Source of the DNA: Octopus bimaculoides
Lineage: Eukaryota
Length of the DNA: 35,153 bases
Direction of reading: 5' to 3'
Assembly (NCBI RefSeq): GCF_001194135.2
Contig: NC_068988.1
Span: 37,797,675-37,832,827, forward strand
Under the pieces are notes generated by a model. That model saw only the letters and a list, made by a program, of their open reading frames with translations. It was not told the DNA's origin and ran no database searches. Each line of letters begins with the position of its first letter. Within the stretch, counting starts at the first letter, position 1. This document shows positions 12,354 through 24,793 of the stretch, piece after piece. A program made the translations under genes and the position numbers.

Positions 12354-15300
12354 CGAATGTAAAACAACAGAATTGCTAAACCTGGATCATCTTTAATCAA
12401 GCATTTTTAATCTTAGGACTGACCTTGGGTTAAACGGCATCAACTATTATCACTACCACTACTACCACCATTCCCATGCAACTGAAGAACACATGTATAT
12501 TCACCTCTTCCAATATGTTTTTTGTAAATGTGCTGTCAAGAGCTTCACTAGTGCTTGTCTGTGGCTTGCGTTCTACCTCAGTATTTGAAACCATGCCACC
12601 AGATTCATTGCGTTTAACAGGTTTTTGAGCACCTAGTCAAAAATAGATCAAAATGAAAATGATGCAAAAAAATATAACAAACAACTTTTAACCAAGATTC
12701 ACCTTTCACTAGTTTCTTAAACATGAAATACGAAACTAAGTTGATGAAAAAATAATGGTTACTAAACAAAAAAGTACTTCCTGCCCACCTGGGCTATTCT
12801 TTTTAAATTCAACTTTTGAACTGCTGATGCTAGTCTGTAGAGTTGTGAGAATTCAAAATTTCAAGAAAAAAATATATATAATAATCATCATCGTTTAATG
12901 TCCGCTTTCCATGCTGGCATGGGTTGAACGGTTTGACTGACAGCTGGCAAGCCAGAAGGCTGTACCAGGCTCTTTGTCTGCTCTTTCTTTTTCATGGGAG
13001 AGTTGCAGATTTTTTCAATCTCCAGCAGTAGTATTTTCAGGCGGGACTTTTCACTGCTTTTAATTTTTAATTTGTTTGTTTAGGCGATTTGAAACTTTTG
13101 TACGCCGTCTCATAAGAACTTTCCTCTCCCTTGAGATTTTGTTCTTGTGTACAGTGGCCTTTCTCTCCGGGACACATTTGTAGCATATGGCTTGCATTAC
13201 AGACATGAATTGTTGAAGTCTCATGTCGCTATCCAGTGAGGAGAGACATTTAGGCTAGTTTTGTTTGAGGATCTCTTTCTCAATTTGTTTCCAGTTTGCC
13301 TTATGGAAGTTCAAATTGGGAAGATTCTGAGAGTTTCTTGTAGGTTGCATGTCCATGGTTTCCTTTGGTCTGTACATAGTCAGCTCTACCATGTTGCGAT
13401 CCGAGAGTAGCGTCGGTGTCACTTTCACATTATGGATGAGATGCATATTATTTGTGAAGCAGAGATCCAGTATGTTACTCGCCCTGGTTGGTTGGAGTAC
13501 TATTTGCTCCATGTACAAAGTGTTGATGAGGTTCAGGAGGGACTTCACCTATCCTTGTTCATATTGCGTCATTCCTGGGAGAGAAAGGCCCTCGGGCCAT
13601 CTGACATTGGGAAGATTGAAGTCTCCCATTAGAAGTACACTTATATGTTGTTCTAATGAGACTAAAACTTCTATTTTTGTAAGACAGTCTTCAAACTTGC
13701 CTACATGATTTGGTGCATCGGGAGGGTGATATGTAGCACATATAACCACACTGAGTTGTCTTAAATGTACAATTAGTGTGTCACATACTGAATTTGAGTG
13801 TGACAAAAGGACCTGGGGTGTGAGGTCTTCACTGATATACATAGCAACTCCACCTTGACTCCTTTCTTTCCTGTCGGTCCGTAATATAACATACTGTGGT
13901 ATGTGTATTTCTGAATTTGCTATATCTGGTTTCAGGTGTGTTTCCGTAAGTGCTATGCATAACGCTTGATTGCAAACAACAAGGTCTCTCAAGAAAGGGA
14001 TTTTTGTCTTGTTACTAAGTGATAACAGTCCTCTGATGTTCAGTAAGAGCACCGATGTGATGTGTGTGTTGTTGCAAATGGTGCCCACCTTAGGTCTATT
14101 TGCTGTGGTGATCTTGTGTATTGGGGATAGTCCCATCTGTGAGATTGTAGCCAGGTTAGTTGCTGTACCATCTTTTGTGCCATGCACAAAAAAGATTGTT
14201 GTTCAGCAGCTGCCCTTTCAACATGTTGATAGGTCTGGTCCGTAGCACGCACTATATCTGCGTACCTCCATTTTGGGGCAGGTGGTGCGTAGTCCTTTCC
14301 TTTTGGCAGGTGGTTTCTGCCCTGTTTCATGTTTATGTGGCGGGGTCTCTGGTGTGCAAAACGGCAGCCTGCACCTTCCTCTCCATACCAGCAGACACCT
14401 TTCAAATAGAATTTGCATATTCGTGTGTGCTGTCTCCATCTATCCTTTTTGTTATATGGGTAGTCAGTTTTGCTTCTTTCTTTGGCTGTTTCATCTTTTG
14501 TTTTTGTTTTAGTTTTTTCTGCTTTTAATTGTTCTTTTTTGGCTCTTTCACCTCCATGGTTTTTCATTTTGACGGTGGTAGGCGCATTTGCACTTGGGTT
14601 TGCATTTGGGTTTAATTTCCGGGCAGGTTTCTCACTTGAATCTTCTGTTTTCTTGAGTGTCTACCAAGTAGGAGTGACATCTTTCATCTGTATCCGTGCC
14701 TCCATCCTTGTCATCTTTGCTGTGTCCATTATCAAAGATGGCATCAAGAGTACTGATATGGGATCGTATGAGAGCATAGGAGCATGTAAACTCCTGCTTC
14801 TTTCATTCTATCTGTGCTAATGTTCTGGTGTAACCATTACTCTTCAGCGCAGCAGTGATTATGTTGCTTGGGTTACCGCCTTCAACACAGCGCCAGGTTC
14901 TCAAAAACAATGCCAATTCCATGCTCTTCCAAGTTCTGAATATTTTTGTGGATAATTTATTTATTTATCTATCTATTTATTGAATTCATAAAAATCTAAT
15001 AAGTAAATACACTAAAAAGACCTATAATAAAAATCAAAAAAGTACAAAGTAATAAATATTAAAATAATAAAAATGACTACACATGCTTCATAACCATATT
15101 TTCAAATAGAAAATAAAATAAAAATCAAATCAATTGAAAATCAATTCTATTCAAAAATATAGCTAATCTTCAGGTCAAAATAAATAAAAGAAAAACACTT
15201 AACAATATTACTGAAAATAAATGCAATACTTATTTTATCGAAGCTTTAGTGTGAGTAGAATATCAGTAGGAATGCTTAATTCTGAAGAGGGGTTGCAACG

Positions 15301-18300
15301 TTGTTTTGTCAATCATAGAACAAAATTAGAGGTAAAACAAGATTATGTGACTTATCTATGGCAAATTACAATGGCTCAGTTAAGTATTTTAATTTTAACA
15401 GCCTTTGTGATTCACACAGAAATCAATACTAATGCAACAAGAGATCTGTAGTCCTCCAACTAAACTTAGGCAGCCTCGAGAATACGCAGCAAAGTCCTTC
15501 TCAAATCACAATCTATTATCTTGAAAAAGGAAAAGAGCATATTCAATAATGTAGTTCTAATTACACTATATCTTGAATAAATCCATGGTGGTCACAGGTT
15601 GAACGCCTTTATCATCGGTCTGCTCAATCATTTGATAAGTGCTGACATCTATATAACTGAGTATGCCCTAAGAGGTGATGTCCTAATATGGTTTCATCTA
15701 ATGACTGAAACTAGTGAAAACAAAAAAAAGATTTCGTCAGAAGTACAAACAAAAGCTAAATGATTCAAATTGTGATTAAATTAAACTTCAATCTGTTAAT
15801 TACCATACAACAAAGAGTATGATATATCTATTTGTGGAAACAAAATGCTTAACTTTCTGTATCCCATGCTAGCTGGCATGAATTAAATGGTTTGAAAGGA
15901 TCACACGGGTTTAAAGGATTGTGTTGTGCCTCAATGTCTCTTTTCACATGGTTTCTATGGTTGGATGTTATTCCTAATTCCAGTCATTTTACAAAGTGTA
16001 CTCGGTGCTTTTTTTCATGTCACCAGCACTAGTAAGGTTGCTGAGTAGCTCATAAAACACAACCTCTTGACAGAATGGAATGGTATTGAGGGAGAAAGCT
16101 TATTTCAGGTGTTGAGAAACAAGTGTATGGCAGAGGTAGAATAGGTGTCTCTTGCTGCAGAAGAGATACCGGGCTACTCTGACAGGAAAAGAAGAGTAGA
16201 TGATGATGACAGCAGCAACAGTGGTGGTGGTGGTGGTGGTGGTGTGTGTATGCTAGAAGTGGTTTTCCATCTATTAAAGGCCATATCTCAGTAAAATAAA
16301 GTGTGGTTGGCTTGAACAAATAATGCCTTTTTTGTAGGGCTAAGTTTCAATGCTAAGGAATCCATAATGAACTTGACAAACACAACAAAAGAAAGGAGAG
16401 AGAGGGAAAGATAAAAGCAGGCAAACAGATAGACAGAGAGAGCTTTGCTGAAGACCAACCTGAAGCAGACCTCATTACATTGTTCTGAGGTACAAGAGGT
16501 TTTGTAGGAGTGGTTGATTGTGCAGGTAATGACACTTCAAACTTGGCTGGTTGCTTGGGCTGTGCTGACACACCACTAGTATCAGGTTTGTTAACTGTTG
16601 TAGCCGGAGGTGGTGTAGCTTTAGCTCCAAAACCGAAACCATGTCCAGGTGAACTGATGGTTGTGGCCGCAGAAAATTCAGGCTGATTGGATCCGATGTT
16701 TGAAGATGCCGCCCCAAATAATGAAGGTTTGTTATTTTCTGGAAGGGTACTTGCTCCAAATAGTATTGGCTTCTCATTATTAGATTCTAATGAACAAAAA
16801 AAAGGTTTTGCTGAAATCAATAAGAGTTCAAAGTGGTATAAATGATAAATGTAAAACAAAGAAACAAGACAATTAAAAAACAAATAAAACAAACAGAAAG
16901 GTAATGCACAGTAGATATGGCTGTGTAGTAAAGAAATTCACATTCCACAACCATGAGATTGTGAGTTCAATCCCACATCATGTTGGCTTTCATAAAGGTC
17001 TTTTTCCACAGCATCAGGTTAACCAATCAATACATAGAGAGGTGAAATTGATAGATGGACAAATATGCAGGAATGTCATATATGGATGTGTGTGTGTGTG
17101 TGCATGAGTATACCCAAAATTATATGATGGAAAATATTTAGCTTTGTGATCTGTTATAACAACCACAACTGGAGATATACTGGGACAGTGAGATAGATTT
17201 ACACACAAAATCCTTGACCACATTCAGAAAAAGAGCACCTGATTGACTGGCATAAAATCACTCAGATGTTCTCAGCCTAAGGCTTACAGTCATGCTGTCA
17301 CCTTTCTCTGTCTTTTCTACTACAGATATACCAATGATTTTCCAGGAACTGGTTTGACACCTCCATTAATCTGGAGAAATCATGAGGAGGCCACCAGTCT
17401 ACAACACTACATGATCACAGGTGACATCAGGTGTACCAAGTGTTTACATGCATTATTTTACACTGGACTTGTGAGTGATGATAAAAAAATTTTAAGAGAT
17501 CTTCTATGTATTAGCTTAGGCTACTACAGGTAAGATAACTGAGAGCATTAGTGACAGTGTCAAGCACAAACACCAATTGATATCAATTTAAGATTAAGTT
17601 GGACTGTTGAGAAAAATGGACCGTAACTGTAGTTACATGACATAATTAGTAATTAATGCATAATTAGTAGGACCAGCAAAATGGTTCATCTGTCAAGGCT
17701 TTAGAACCAAGGACACTGAAAAATTAATGATGTGCATGTGTAACTATAATGGCTCCTATTTCTCAGTGATAGTTGGACTCCTACCATAACCAGCTTCTTA
17801 ACCCTGAGGAGATGACAGGGCTGATCTATTGGTCAAAAAGTTGAATGAAGAAGATTGTATTAGTTCATACAATTTCATACAGGAATATATATAGTTTTAT
17901 ATATGTAAAGTAAGTACTTCATTTTTTATAATTCTTTAAAAAAATAAATGCATGCTTTCTGTAGGGCTTGTGAAAAGGGCTCTGTCTTCTTGGCACTCAA
18001 ACTCTAAATGAGGATCTGTCTCCTAGAATGAAGTAGCCATCGCCAAGACACTTTTAACAAGAGGTCTGCCCCAGTCAGAGATGATTTGGGAGTCAATCAA
18101 CTAAACTAGATATATAATGAACCAATGAGGGAGATCCTATGTGGTCGCTTGATCTCCTGGGAATAGCAGCCAATATATTTCAAATCACACCACACCATCT
18201 TAGAAGGCAGAGCACATTGGAAAATGTGCTCTTAGACATATAAGATCAATTGGTCATGGCTAGAATATTGGATAATAGACCTGCTAAACAACAACAAACA

Positions 18301-21300
18301 CCATCAGAGATAAATTTATGGAAGAGCATGAAGGTAAAGCTATAATGCAAAACTTACTGTTATTGGAAGCTGGGTTAAACATGGGTACAGTTGAGGTTGG
18401 AGCAGGAGCTGATGTTGTAGCTGCAGCTGGGGCTTGCATGAATGGCTGAGCAGAAAATGAGAAAGAATTTGGTGCTGATGTACCAGCTAGAGGTTTAATT
18501 TCTGCTACAGAACTGGTGCTGCTAACGGCAGATGCATCTGGGCCTGAACTAGTTTTGAATTCTGGTGAAGGTGTTGGTAATATACCTTGAGATTGCTGTG
18601 GCTGCAGCCCAAATGTTGTAGTAGTAGAAGAACTCCCAGTGAAACCGAATAGGCTTGGCTTTGACTGTCCAAACTGGGTCTGGTTCAAGCCCTGTCCTGC
18701 AGTGGAAGCACTAGTTGATGTTGACCCTACGTTAGGCTGCTGACCCATGAGTGGTGGGCCAGACGAATTTCCAAAGACATTAGTACCTAGAACTAACAAG
18801 TAGAAATTTGCATAAAATAAATATCAAAAAAAAAAATTCAACACTGGAATTACCTTGACAAACACTTATCAAATTTAAATATCTTATATAATAATGCATG
18901 CACATACATACATGTACACACATATAAATGATGATGATGACAAGTTGACATAGTATATAGTGTAAACATTCAAAAATCACCATTATCTTTCTAAATCCTG
19001 CTGCAGTTTACATGGAATTTTAGGTTCTCCAAAGTCATCTTGGTGTATACATTGACCTACCTTTTTTTGGCTGTCTGAAAAATTTGGCTTTTATACCAGA
19101 AAATATTGTATTAAAGAAAGAAAGTTTTATATAATCAGTGGAAAGATTAAATGAAAAAATAATCTGAAATCATTAGTGGTTAGGTTCAAATACTGTAATA
19201 GCTGAGAAAAAAAAAGGAGTAATTGCATAACATTAAGAAGCCTTAGGTTAAAAAATAACTCCTTCCTTGTCATCAGAGCATCAAATCTCACAGTAATAAA
19301 ACTGATAAAGCATGTTCAAGTCTTGATTTGACTTGCTGTTGTTATATCAGCTTCACTACAAAACAAAAACAAGTTCCACAGAGGCTAATTTTTGCAAAAG
19401 GAAAGTGTTGCAGATGAAATCATAGAAGCTTCTTACATATTTGAGGACGCAATCCTGACGGGTTCAGTGCTTCACATGGAGCAGTTATGTTGACAGCTGC
19501 CTTGTGTTTGTAAACCATGAAGAATGGGACTAAAACACCATCTGTAGACAGCATCATCATCACAGGGAAAGGTCCTATCTCTGCCTCATCTGAAAAATAT
19601 TTAGTGATAAAATGAATTAATATTGGATTGTAAATTAGACAACAGAAATGCAATTTAAGCACTACCAATAAAATGAGGTTTCAGTATATGAAAGGTCTGT
19701 TCTGCAATAACAGTTTACATATAATCAAGATAATAATTGGTCAGTTTTCCAACCATAGATCACAAATTGTGATGGCATTGACTAGTCAAATCTCCAATTA
19801 AATACCATATTCAGTAACAGCTGCAACTGCTAAGTCCTACAATCATGCACTAACTCAAGTTAAGATATATTGTCTGATCAGAGTTAGCTACTCCTGTATT
19901 TTCTAAGTTTCATAACAGGATATATTTTCTATTATATATGACTATGCTACTTCACAGGTTTATAGAACTCTTTTGATATTTGTCTAATAAGCAGCAGATA
20001 AATCTGTGCCTTCCAATCTTTTAAGGATGGTACACTTTTGTATCACTAAAAACAGGGCTATAAATACACTTTTTGTTCTAATATTGAATTTTCGTTTTCA
20101 TGAACCAAAGATATTCAATAACTAAGGACTATACAAGGCTCTTCAATGTCAATACTCATTCCTTGAATAGATTTTGGAGTTTTACAGATTTATAATGCTC
20201 CAGAAACAATCTGATGTCTATGAATTAAGAGAATAATATTTTATTCTAAAAGGTTAGATAAATACTAAGATGTTCCAGTAATGATTCTATTACTGGCACA
20301 ATAAACTTCTCATTAGTTACCCATAGACAACCTTTCTCCTGACTTCAGAGAGCAAATCAAGATTATGTATTAGCTTGTTCTCAATTACTTTTGTTTAACC
20401 TGACAGGAGTGGATATGTATACCTACACTATAATGTTAGACACATCACTCATTCATTAATGCATGTACAATATAGTTATAATGCAATTACTACAGCTTCT
20501 TGTATATATGCATATGTGATAAATTCAATAGTAACTTCTGTAAAGTATAGCACTTACTAATGGTTATCCGTTTTTGGTTTGAATAGTCAATTGCGAGCCC
20601 AACAGGAAAACTATCACATTTCTCTGCTGTTAAGGGAACTTCAGCACGTGCACTATCTTCTAGCATGCAATGGTCCCAAGATTTCTAGAAAAGGGTAAGA
20701 GAATGAGATTGTTTTAAAGACATACAACAGGAAGTTAAAAATACTTTTAGACAAAAACTATTCACTATAATCTTTAACAATAATAATTTCCTATAGTGAC
20801 AAAACTTATACAAATGTATAAGGGAGGAAAACAGTTGACTGAATTGATACTAGCACATGGCTTACACATATTTCAGCAAAGCAAGGGAACAAGAAAAGAA
20901 CATTACAAAAGTAACACACAGAAAAGTTCTGATGTGCCTTACACACACAACAACAGGGGTAATAATCTCTCACACTGATATAAAGTCACAAATTTGTGAG
21001 GGAGATGGCAATAAACTGATTGATATTTATTTTATCAACCTGGTAGGAGAAAAGCAATGTCACCAGTTTGAATTTTAAATGTAGACTGTCAGGTTTTAAT
21101 ACAGTGAATGGATCTGGTGATCTACTATTTCTTTTATTCCTTCTTTCACCAGTGAGGGAAACCAGTTCATGGATATTAATTTTTTTCACACCAACTGTTA
21201 TAGGAACAAGAGGGAGATACTTACTTCTGTATCTAAGTTTCTGGCAATAATAGCAGCTTCTAAAGAATTGCTTGAAGCCAAAACAACCATGTCCCTAGTG

Positions 21301-24300
21301 ACAAAAAGGAAAAATGAAATTTGAAGATTAAAAATACAAACACCATCAGTCAACATGCATTTTTTCATGTCAATATGGGCTGGTCAATGACAGTATCTGG
21401 CGAGCTGCACCCAATTTCAGTGTCACTTTGGAATGGTTTCTACAGTTGGATGCCCTTCCTAATACCAACCACTTTACAGTGTGTACTGAGTACTTTTCTC
21501 CTGTCACTGGCACTCATGAGATTGCCAAGTGACTTGCAAGACAAAGGGAAATTTTGTCAGTTCCACAAAGCATTTCTGTTACTGGTACCACATAAAAAAA
21601 GCACCTAGTCTACTTTGTAAAAAAGTTGGCATTAGGAAGGGTACCCAGTCATAAAAACCATGGCAAACGAGACCTTGCTGATGTTACGTAAAAAGCACCT
21701 AACCTACTCTGTAAAGTACTTGGCATTAGGAAAGGCATCCAGCTGTAAAATACATGCCAAAACAGACAGTTGAACTTGGTCTGACAGGAGCTGGCTCGCT
21801 AGAGGACTGCACTATCCAACCCATGCCAGCATAAAAGATGGGCTTTAAATGATGATGATGATCAGAGTTCTATATTAAAGATCTGTATAAGCACTTATTG
21901 ACCTAACAAAGTTTGTAGAAAATATTTCACGTTTGTTACAGATTCATAAAAGCTAAGTGAACTGAAGCCATGTAGAATAAACCAATCTGTCCTAAAGCAA
22001 TAAAATACCTGCAGCATATCCAAAACCATGAACTCGTGAGCCCTTCCTAATGCCAACCACTTTACAGAGTGGACTGAGTGCTTTTTACGTGGCACCAGCA
22101 CCAATGAGGTCTGTTTTGGTATGGGTTTTATGGCTGGATACCCTTCCTAATGTCAATCACTTTACAAAGTAGACTCAGTCACCGTCATGTTAAATTCACT
22201 TTACTTACTGGTACAGGTGAGATGGGCCATCGAATCTGAATCAGTTCTTATTCGAGGCTACACAACACTCCAAGTAAGGTTGGAGGGCCACATCTTGTTC
22301 ATACATTTTGTTTTTACAAAGTCGAATGCTCTAACATTAACCACTTTACAGAGAGCAACAGGTGCATTTTATTATAGCATCAGTACTAGAGAATTTATAA
22401 GGTCCTCAGCAAAACTAAAGGCTCATTTCAACCCCATATTCTTCATTCCAACCACTCTACTAAATACACCAGTACTAATGGTGTTGCCTTGTAATCCATA
22501 AAGTGAAAACGTCTTCATTACATCCAATACCAAGGTGGTGGTTAGAAGACTGGATATTGTCAGAAGATGAACTAGGGTGAGAGGGTCAAAGTAGCCAGAG
22601 TGTGAGAAGAGAGAAACTGAGTGACTGGGATGAGAGGATAGTAGACAGAAATAGCAGACTATAATGCAACAGAGAGAGAGAGAGAGAGCAAATGATAGAT
22701 ACTAGTAGAGAGGGGTAATGGCTGGAGTGATGCAAGAGGGAGTGAAACGTAACAATGCAGAAGGGTAACAGTGGAGCTTATCAGATCTGATGCAATACGT
22801 TGTTATGCAGGCACTGTAAAGGGAGGGAGGTAAAAAAGTGATGAGAACGATGATAGTGGTGGTAGAGGATTGAATATGGACAGATTGAATCAATGGCATC
22901 TCTTGTTACACAGTAACATGGTATGGTGAAGAGGAGATATGATGAATAAGAGAAAGAGAGTGTGATAGAGATAAGAGGGTATCAAAGTGATGAGAGGCAG
23001 GTGGCACCCATTAACACTATAATGTAGAGAGACCCAAATGTAGATATATTATACGTCCTGGCCTCCACCACCATCACTACAACTATTACTACCACTATCA
23101 TTTTAACAGTCATTACAACATGCTTGCAAGATTTCCAGCACCATTACAATCCTTTGTCACCTCCTTTAATAGGTTCAGTCTCTTGAGAAGTCTTCACCAC
23201 TTCTCATGACTTCTTAAGTTTCCCTTTTCCACAGCTTTCATCCACTTTGAATGGTTGGTACTGTAGTGAGACATTGTTAAACTATTTTTTCACTGGGGTG
23301 TGAGTTAGTTACGCTCAAACAGATGCTAATAAGGTAGGATTGGCATTGTACGGATTTGAGCAACAACTTCTGCCCAGGGCTAGAATACACCTTCAGGTAA
23401 AAAGTTAGTCCAGTTGCTGCTAGTGCGCTCGATGGTCAACCATGTTGCTTTAAAGCTCTTCATTCTGTCAGCTTCATCTAAAACATGGAAAGTGATATAT
23501 TTTGCTTCCTTACTGTTTTATTTCCAGAATGATTGACAAATTATTTAAGCTATCCTGAGCAACTTTGTTTCTTCTTTAACAAGTTCTTCACTCGACATTC
23601 CAATTATTGCTTCAAAGAGTTTATTTAATCAGTATTTCTGGCTTGCAGAATTTTGTCCTTTTAGCAATACTAGCATCCAAATTATGGAATCAATATTCAT
23701 ATTTATATTTGTGGCAGCTGAATCCAGTGAAATATATAGTAAGTGAAACCTGATCCATTCATGTTTTTCACTACTGTTAACAAAGAAATATTTAATCTAA
23801 ATTGGTTATATGAATAGAAAATGAGGACTATATTTTTTTTTCATTTTTAAGCCTATATGATGCAAAAGATGTTTAATCCTTTTAAAGGCAAACCGTCTTT
23901 GACTGACCTTGGTTCTGTGATTCAACTTTCTATTTCAAAGTGATGTAAGTTAAAGCCTTCCGTCAAAATTTCAAGTTAATTAACCAGTTTAATAACAACA
24001 AAGTTAATTCACTGAATTCTTCATTTTTTGAAAAATTAATTCCAACAAAGATAATGCATTTCAACAGAAGTATGATAACGAAAGGGTTAATCTAGACTAC
24101 AGCTAACAGCACCTAATCCTACATTTGTAGATTTGACAACAAAAACACACATATTCAAACTTAATCCATAAAACTTTAAGAGAAATTCAGCACTTACCAG
24201 CCAATAATAAGTTCTAAATTATATTTATTGTCTCGATCTCCAGAGCCAAAACAAGGGTCTCTAAAATTTATAAAACTAGGATCTCCAGCTTTCTGAAAGT

Positions 24301-24327
24301 GAGAAAAAGAATATCACATATAAATAA

Positions 24328-24364
<37 letters not shown>

Positions 24365-24741
24365 TGTGTATTTCTTCTATCTTAATGAATAAAAATTCTT
24401 CTGATAGAATAAATGGGTTAATAGAACCAATGTAGCAAAGAACACAAAATAACTGTGGTTAGCTCCTGTTTTTAAGGCAGGAACTCCTTGAAATTTTGGG
24501 TATTTGAGTATATTTAAGAATTTAAGGATTGGAGAAATGAATCAAGTCATAACCTTATACATCTATTGTTTTCATAATCGGTCATAATGTCTTACGTTTA
24601 AGATGATTNNNNNNNNNNNNNNNNNNNNNNNNNNNNNNNNNNNNNNNNNNNNNNNNNNNNNNNNNNNNNNNNNNNNNNNNNNNNNNNNNNNNNNNNNNNN
24701 NNNNNNNNNNNNNNNNNNNNNNNNNNNNNNNNNNNNNNNNN

Positions 24742-24793
<52 letters not shown>

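Noticed and set aside
19061-19074. 14-nt micro-exon (ttttcag|ACAGCCAAAAAAAG|gtaggt)
   Set aside because: Good splice sites, but 14 nt (or 10 nt) shifts the frame and neither exon 10 acceptor restores it.
24609-24741. Missing exon hidden in the N gap
   Set aside because: Exons 5 and 6 join in frame and align continuously with recalled NUP214 (NVP|KAGD versus LLPK|KEEK).
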